A stretch of 64,000 nucleotides of DNA from assembly GCF_009914755.1 (NCBI RefSeq), contig NC_060925.1; one strand, written 5' to 3'. Origin of the DNA: the human T2T-CHM13v2.0 reference genome, Homo sapiens. The notes under the pieces are model-generated. The model saw only the letters and a list, made by a program, of their open reading frames with translations, was not told where the DNA came from and ran no database searches. Both the position numbers and the translations under genes were made by a program. Shown piece after piece: positions 57,644 through 64,000 of the stretch. Position 1 is the stretch's first letter; each line of letters opens with the position of its first letter.

Positions 57644-58003
57644 TGTTTTAGTTCAGGGTGGTATAACAGAATACCACAGACTGGATGGTTTATAAACAAT
57701 GGGAATTTCTCAGAGACCTGGAGGCTAAGAAGACTAAGATCAATGTGCCAGCAGATTTGGTGTCTGGTGAGGGCCTGCTCCTTGGTTCATAGATGGCCAC
57801 TTTCTTGCTGTGTCCTCACATGTTGAAAGAATGAGGGAGCTCTCTGAGGTCCCTTTGATAAAGGCACAATCCCATTCATCAGGGCCCCACCCTCATGACC
57901 TAATCAAGTGTGAAGGCCCCACCTGCTAACACCATCACATTGCATTGGAGATTAGGATTGCAACACATGAATTTTGGAAGTATACATGCATTCATCTATA
58001 GCA
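57644..58003 (-). mobile_element. MLT1A-type MaLR solo LTR inside a MIR
   Basis: ataacagaataccacagactgg...ccagcagatttggtgtctggtgagggc...cccaccctcatgacctaatc...ctatagca. Confidence 0.88.
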
Positions 58004-58379
58004 GTAGAAGGTAGTAGTGTGAATTAAGATTAGTCCTATGAAGTAGTACAAATAATGATAGCAAATGGTCAATAAACATTTGCTTTTATTCTTATGCATT
58101 CAAATAATAATTTTAGCACTCATACCATTGCGTAGTTTGTTCACTATTCATACACCAGTTAGAAAACGCTGTCAAATACAATTATGTCATAGGGTAAGGC
58201 ATGGACAGTTGAGAAAAGAGTCAAAGGCAGCAAATAAGCAACTGAAGATATAAAAACTCCTTATTTTTGAAAATGTTAAAGGATTTATTATTCAGAAGAA
58301 CAATGAATAAAATAAGACAGTAGCAAAATTCTTAACATGGTGCCTGTCATGTAGTAATTGCTCAATACAGGTTAGATAT

Positions 58380-58871
58380 TGTGGTGGGTAGAAAAATACT
58401 TTCCCAGAAATATTTCTATCCTCATCTACAGACCCTGTGAATATAATATGTAATAGAGTGAGAGGGATTTAATGTTGCAAAATGGAATTAAGTTTACTGA
58501 TCAGTTGTCCTTGCAATGAGGAGATTATTCTGGATTATCCATGTGGGCCCAGTGCAATCACAAGTGCCCGAACATGTGAAAGAGGGAGGCAGAATAGAGA
58601 ATAGAAATTCTCTCAGTGGTATAGAGAAATGTAAAAATGCTAAGCTACTGACTTTGAAGATTGAGGAAGAGACTACAAGCTAATGAATGTAGATGACACC
58701 TATGAGCTAGAAAAGGCAAGGAAACAAATGCTTCTCCAGAGCCTCTAGAAGGAATGTTACCCTGCTGACATCTTGATTTTAGAACCTGATCTCCAGAGCC
58801 ATAATGTGTGTTGTTTTTTAAGCCACTGAGTTTGTAGTAATTTGTTATAGCAGCAATAGGAAACTAATACA
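58380..58871 (+). mobile_element. MLT1C/D-type MaLR solo LTR
   Basis: TG...CA ends, ggagattattctggattatcc...gtaatttgttatagcagcaataggaaactaataca. 5-bp TSD gatat at 58375-58379 and 58872-58876. Confidence 0.9.
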
Positions 58872-59289
58872 GATATTGCCATCATCAGTGTTGCTATTAT
58901 AATCATTACAGTGGTAAGCATGCTAAGGGTGCAGAGATTGTCTAGTGATTCTTTGTAATTGAAAAATAATAAAAAAGGAAATATGTTTTTTTTTTTAAAA
59001 AAAAAAAAACCAGAAGCCTTTATAGGCTTTAAGGTTTTATAAGGGGGAAAACTTTCCCAAAGGACCATTAGATGCAGAATTTTGAGAATAAGATCATGCA
59101 GAAACTCTTAGCCTAGAGGGATATGCAACACAGAATAATATGTGCAACAATTTCACCTTGGTATATTGTAATATTCTTCTGAGGAAGAGGATGGGTTAGA
59201 CCTCATTTAAAACTCTAATTCTTTGCTTAATGTAGTTGAAGATAATGATGATTAACTAGAAGAAACTTGAATGAATTCTCCACTGATAA

Positions 59290-59490
59290 TTTCTTCCGGG
59301 AAAAAGCACTGGAGTCAGAACTCTGCCAAACAAACCCGTAAATATAGATAGAGCACTCAGTACGCTGATGGGGTCTATATGTAAACTAACTCTAACAGCA
59401 AAAACGGGAGGTGGGCTGTAAGCAATGCAGTGGATTCATGCAGCTATATATAGTCTCTCCCTCCACTTCCCAGCTGCCAGCTCCTCTGCT
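59290..59490. promoter_or_regulatory. Candidate enhancer or promoter motif cluster
   Basis: STAT GAS TTCCGGGAA (59294-59302), MEF2/TATA-like CTATATATAG (59444-59453), E-box CAGCTG (59471-59476) and four CpGs, in unique sequence. Confidence 0.25.
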
Positions 59491-59964
59491 ATGGCTTTTT
59501 TTTTCTTTCTCCTCCTCTCAATACTCTTTCTCCTTCCCTCTTTCTCTCTCCTGTGTATATCTTCTTGTTATTCTGTTGATCAATGTTGTATTGGGGTTTG
59601 ACTAAATTAGTTACTTGTATCTGCATTCTTTCTGAACTTTATCTGTAGTAATTAGATAGAGCCATGTCAGGCAAGACCTACCAATGCTTTCTGACAAGAA
59701 AGTAGTTTCTGAGTGCCTAGGTGGCACCTGGGACTGTGGAAGAAGTAGCTAGAATATTAGGCAGAGAGCTACAGAATTTAATCAGAGTGTTTAGGGCAGA
59801 ATATCATCAGGTTTAAAACAGTTCTTGATTTCATTCACTGGGCAATCCAACAAATACATTGATTATAATCATCAATACTTTTGGAATGAATTTAGATTAG
59901 ATCCTACCATTATTCAATGGTACAAGCATCAAATTTTATAAAGTATTTCATTATAATATTTATA

Positions 59965-60196
59965 ATGGAGGCCAGAAGACTTAGACAATCTAGTCCTTCC
60001 ATGTTCCTCTGCCTGCTTTTATCCTAGCCACACTGGCAGCTGATCAGATGGTGCCCACCCAGTTTGAGGGTGAGTCTGCCTCTCCCAGTTCACTGACTTA
60101 AATGTTAATCTTCTTTGGTGACACCTTCAGAGACACACCCAGGAAAAATACTTTGTATCCTTCAATCTAATCAAGTTGACAGTATTAACCATCACA
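59965..60196 (-). mobile_element. MLT2B-like 3' LTR (truncated) of the ERVL provirus
   Basis: ctggcagctgatcagatggtgcccaccc...ccttcaatctaatcaagttgacagtattaaccatcaca. Confidence 0.9.
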
Positions 60197-61795
60197 AGTC
60201 CATCTCTTGTCAACTTGAACCCATACACATCTGAGATCATACATAATCTTTAAATAAAGACAATAATAAGGTCATAACTATGCCTAATGTAATACAGCTA
60301 TCATTCTTACAACTGGAAATGCATCAATCCTCAACTCAAATGCTATTACATAAAGTTAACGACACTTAAATGTTGATACGAATTCAATAAATTTTATGTC
60401 ACATGATAAAGGAAAAATAAAAAAATGAAGATATTTTCCTAGTACAAATGTATGAATGCACCAACATGTTCTTAACAAAATACGGAGGAAATACTCATGA
60501 CAATTACAATCCTCATTTCTGCAACTGGTCACATGGCTGTAGCTGGTATTGATGACTACTTTCTTCTACTACTCATTCTGCATTCCCCTTCCCTTCAGCA
60601 AGCACCTCAGCAGGTTGTAGTTTTTTACCTGCTGGGGTGACTAAAACCTTCATTCCTGAGGAGTCTGGGCCATTTGCAGTCTTTCCTGGATTGGGTTGTT
60701 GTAGTTTCCCATTGACATTAATCACAGGGCATGGTAATACTAAGAGATGCCCTAAGGGATCTCTTATATTCCACACAGACTCTTCCTTACCTCCATTGTA
60801 AAGTAGTATACGATTTCATCTGACAGTCAAGGTCAATCACCCCAGCCAACACTGTAACTTCCTTCTTACCCTGTTGGCTTACAGGTAGAAGGAGCCCAAA
60901 GTGGCCAGGGGGCAATCTTAACTTCCAGTTAAATGGAATCATTGTTGTGTTTCCTGGTGGTGGTGTTCCTCCCTCTGGAACTAAGACCTCTAGGCTAGCA
61001 AAACATGATCTCACAGGAACAGGAAGCAAAAATTTTGCTAGTGGGTCACTAGGGGTGATGGTGAGTGGTGCCACTTCCACTTCCACTTTCACCCCTTGAT
61101 TCCTGGAACCATGAATAATCCTGGTTATGGAAGAAACAGTTACATATATCGGACGTTAATTCTGAGCATATACGACTTCTGGAAAACTTTGCCCCAGCCC
61201 TGCAAAGTATTGTCACCTAGTTGGCATTGTAATTGTAACTTCAAAAGGCCATTCCACCATTCTGTCAATCCAGGTGCTTCAGGATGCTGGGGAACATGGT
61301 AAGATCAGTGAATTCCATGAGCATGAGCACACTCCTGCTCTTCTTTAGCCATAAAGTGAGTGCCTTGGTCAGAGGCAATGCTATGTGGAATACCATGACA
61401 GTTGATAAGACATTCTGTGAGTCCACAGATGGTAGTCTTGGCAGAAGCATTGCATGCAGGATAGGCAAACCCATATTCAGAGTGTCTATTCCAGTGAGGA
61501 TAAACCGCTGCCTTTTCCATGTTGGAAGAGGTCCAATATAATCAACCTGCCACCAAGTAGCTGCCTGATCATCCCAAGGAATGGTGCCATATCAAGAGAT
61601 CAGTGTTGGTTTCTGCTGCTGGCAAATTGGGCATTCAGCAGTAGCCGTAGTCAGGCCAGCCTTGGTTAGTGGAAGTCCATGCCACTGAGCCCATGTGTTA
61701 CCTCCAGCCCCTGCCACCATGGCCACTTCGTTCATAGGCCCATTGGGCAAATACAGGGGTGGCTGGGGAAAGAGGCTGAGTGGTGTCTACAAAAT
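60197..61795 (-). mobile_element. ERVL internal region: degenerate integrase, dUTPase and 3' region
   Basis: Integrase HGIPHSIASDQGTHF (ORF 61305..61520). dUTPase-like PEGGTPPPGNTTMIPFNWKLRLPPGHFGLL...VLAGVID (ORF 60787..61092). dUTPase after integrase is the ERVL order. Frameshifted. Confidence 0.92.
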
Positions 61796-61804
61796 AAGTC
61801 ACTG

Positions 61805-61878
61805 TCACAGACACACCCAGGAAAAATATTTTGCATCCTTCAATCCAATCAAGTTGACACTCAATATTAATCATCACA
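61805..61878 (-). mobile_element. MLT2B-like 5' LTR stub
   Basis: Second copy of agacacacccaggaaaaata...caagttgaca...catcaca, joined almost directly to integrase sequence. Confidence 0.85.
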
Positions 61879-63089
61879 TGCTGATACTCATGTTTTATAA
61901 CTACCATTTTTCCCTTCTCTATCAAGTTGTGTGTATTCTCTTCATTATTTTTTCTTGTTCTTTACTTAAGCATCCCATGTGGCTTTAAAAATAAACTATT
62001 TTTAATTGAGTGTAATTAGACGAGTAAGAACTTTCTGGAAAATTGCCATTTAATGCATATGCATAAGGCCAAGATATTCTTTACTAATTCTCAGTGAAGC
62101 ATCTTTCTTAATCAAACTAAATTTGCTCCTCAGAGATTAATTTGTATACCTAGCGAAATTTTATTTCAATCAAATGGAGAGCCTTTCAATAAAATTAATT
62201 GATTGATTTATTTTATTTGTAAGGTATATTTTAGCTCAGAATATATGTGGCTAATATTATTTCTTTGATTCTGTGAAATGATTTCATTTAAAAGTATTAC
62301 AGGTAAGAGCCTACGACCTTCTGCCTCAGAATATACCTTAGGCATATAATAATGGACCAATAAATACAGCCTATTGTGTCTTAATGCCATATTTCCAATT
62401 CATTGTAAACAATTCCTTTCCAAAGATTTGCTATGAGCAATTTAGTATTTTATCTTTCTCTATCACTAACTTAATCTCAGTTAGACTTCTTTCTCTAGCA
62501 GAATGTCAACCAGTAGTTTAGCCCTTACATTTTGTTTTGCTTTGTTTTTTGTTTTGTTTTAATATTTCCTCTATAGTAGATTGCAATAATTTCTGACAGT
62601 GAATGTTCCTGATTCTTATTCTTTTATTGGGTTTCCTTTAAAACCCAGGCTAAAATACTTATTATTTATCATATGATTGGATTTTTGCTGTACTGTTTGT
62701 TACTTTACAAATGATGGTAGGTGATTAATTTTGATTTGTTTATATCTAAATTATTCTAGAAAAAGAAAGATTATGTATGACTGAAAACCTTAACATTTTT
62801 ATGAAAAAATATTTTAATCAGATTTATTTTAAAATTTAATTTTGATTTTTATTTTGTTTTAATCAAATTTGCTTATTCATATTAATCAGATAGAATTATA
62901 TAAACACACATAAAATTGTATGTTTGCAATGCATTTGAGTTCACAAATGCTTTGTAAGAAGTTGCTCATCCAAAAGATATTTATTGATAATATCCCATTT
63001 TTCAAACATGAATTCTGTCTTGAGTAAGCTTACAGTTCACTAAGAAAGATAAATTAGCATTGTTATTTTTCCATTTGGGTAACCACATA

Positions 63090-63430
63090 TAGGTAGCTTA
63101 GGGTATGGAGTCAGACTGCCTGTGTTTATATTCCTGCCTTATTTGTTTCTAGATACACCACCTAAGGCAACTTTTAGTAGTTTAGTTATCTATAAAAGGG
63201 AGAATAATTATGGTACTTGCCTTATAGAGTTATTTGGGCAACAAAATATATTATTAATAATAATAGTCAAAGTAATAATGATAGAAAGCACTTATTTATT
63301 TCTCATTAAGTACTAGGCAGTGTTTTAAAGACTTTACTCAAAGTGAGAAATTAAGTAGATTGTTCCAACTCATGCAAATACTTCAAGATGCAGAGCAGAA
63401 GATTGAACCTCAAATTACCTACTTCCAAGG
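63090..63430. mobile_element. Tail-to-tail MIR pair
   Basis: Sense MIR (ggagtcagactgcctgtgttt...ctataaaagggagaataat), then antisense MIR (ctaggcagtgtttta...gattgaacctc). Confidence 0.55.
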
Positions 63431-63447
63431 GCACTTGAACATCTCTC

Positions 63448-63570
63448 ATATTATATATATATAGATAGATAGATCTATTTTATATGTATCTACACATACA
63501 TGATAAATTTATTGTTATATAATTTTTGTTATTTGAGTATATACATATACATAATATATACATATATAAA
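63448..63570. repeat. (TA)/(GATA)-rich low-complexity tract
   Basis: Direct reading. Confidence 0.7.
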
Positions 63571-64000
63571 TTCTCTAAAGGGAATTGCTTTCGCTTTGAA
63601 TGATGATGATGTTAATGGTATTATAATGATATATAGTTAAAAATGACATTCTCAACTCTATTTTCTAACTTTATCAACTGCATAAGTAAATATATAGCAA
63701 AAGTACTTTCTGTTAAATTTTGCTTTTGTTGTTTTACCTTTTCCTTTCAGTTTTGAAACATTAACTACTAGAATGAATGCATACTGTAAGGCACCTACTC
63801 CTTATTTTTCAAATTAAAACTTTAATTGAATTTGGTCCTTGATTGACTATCGCTAAACATTTGTTCTGACTAGCAATATTATGTTTACAAGTCTAATAAA
63901 AAGAGCAAAATGTCACATAAAGATATTTGTTTTGTAAAATAGTAATTATTTTTCTGCCAAGTTATATTTTTCTATGTCACTGGGCAAATTGTAGGTGGCT

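Overview
This is AT-rich primate (human-like) genomic DNA, not prokaryotic. Much of it is recognisable transposable elements: L1PA, L1MA and L1MB/L1M LINEs, six near-full-length Alus plus an AluY left arm, many L2 and MIR relics, MER5 relics, MaLR/ERV1/ERVL LTRs and a deleted ERVL provirus with integrase and dUTPase remnants. None of the supplied ORFs looks like a real standalone gene. The most informative non-repeat signal is a probable 3' end of an unidentified minus-strand spliced gene: a 17-nt microexon (15968-15984), a terminal exon starting at 15685 with two alternative C-termini (xDYKYEPFQV* or xKAAIVRIINMSHFKCRLPNHIK*), and a putative ~3.8-kb 3' UTR ending at a UGUA-flanked AATAAA near 11861. 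If so, most of the window to the right is intron. Other oddities are a four-part LTR/Alu mosaic inside one TG...CA shell with a 4-bp TSD, a palindromic MITE-like element, an Alu nested in an Alu, and local tandem duplications. I found no convincing evidence of a wholly new biological system. Repeat subfamily names come from recalled consensus sequences, and coordinates of old repeats are approximate.
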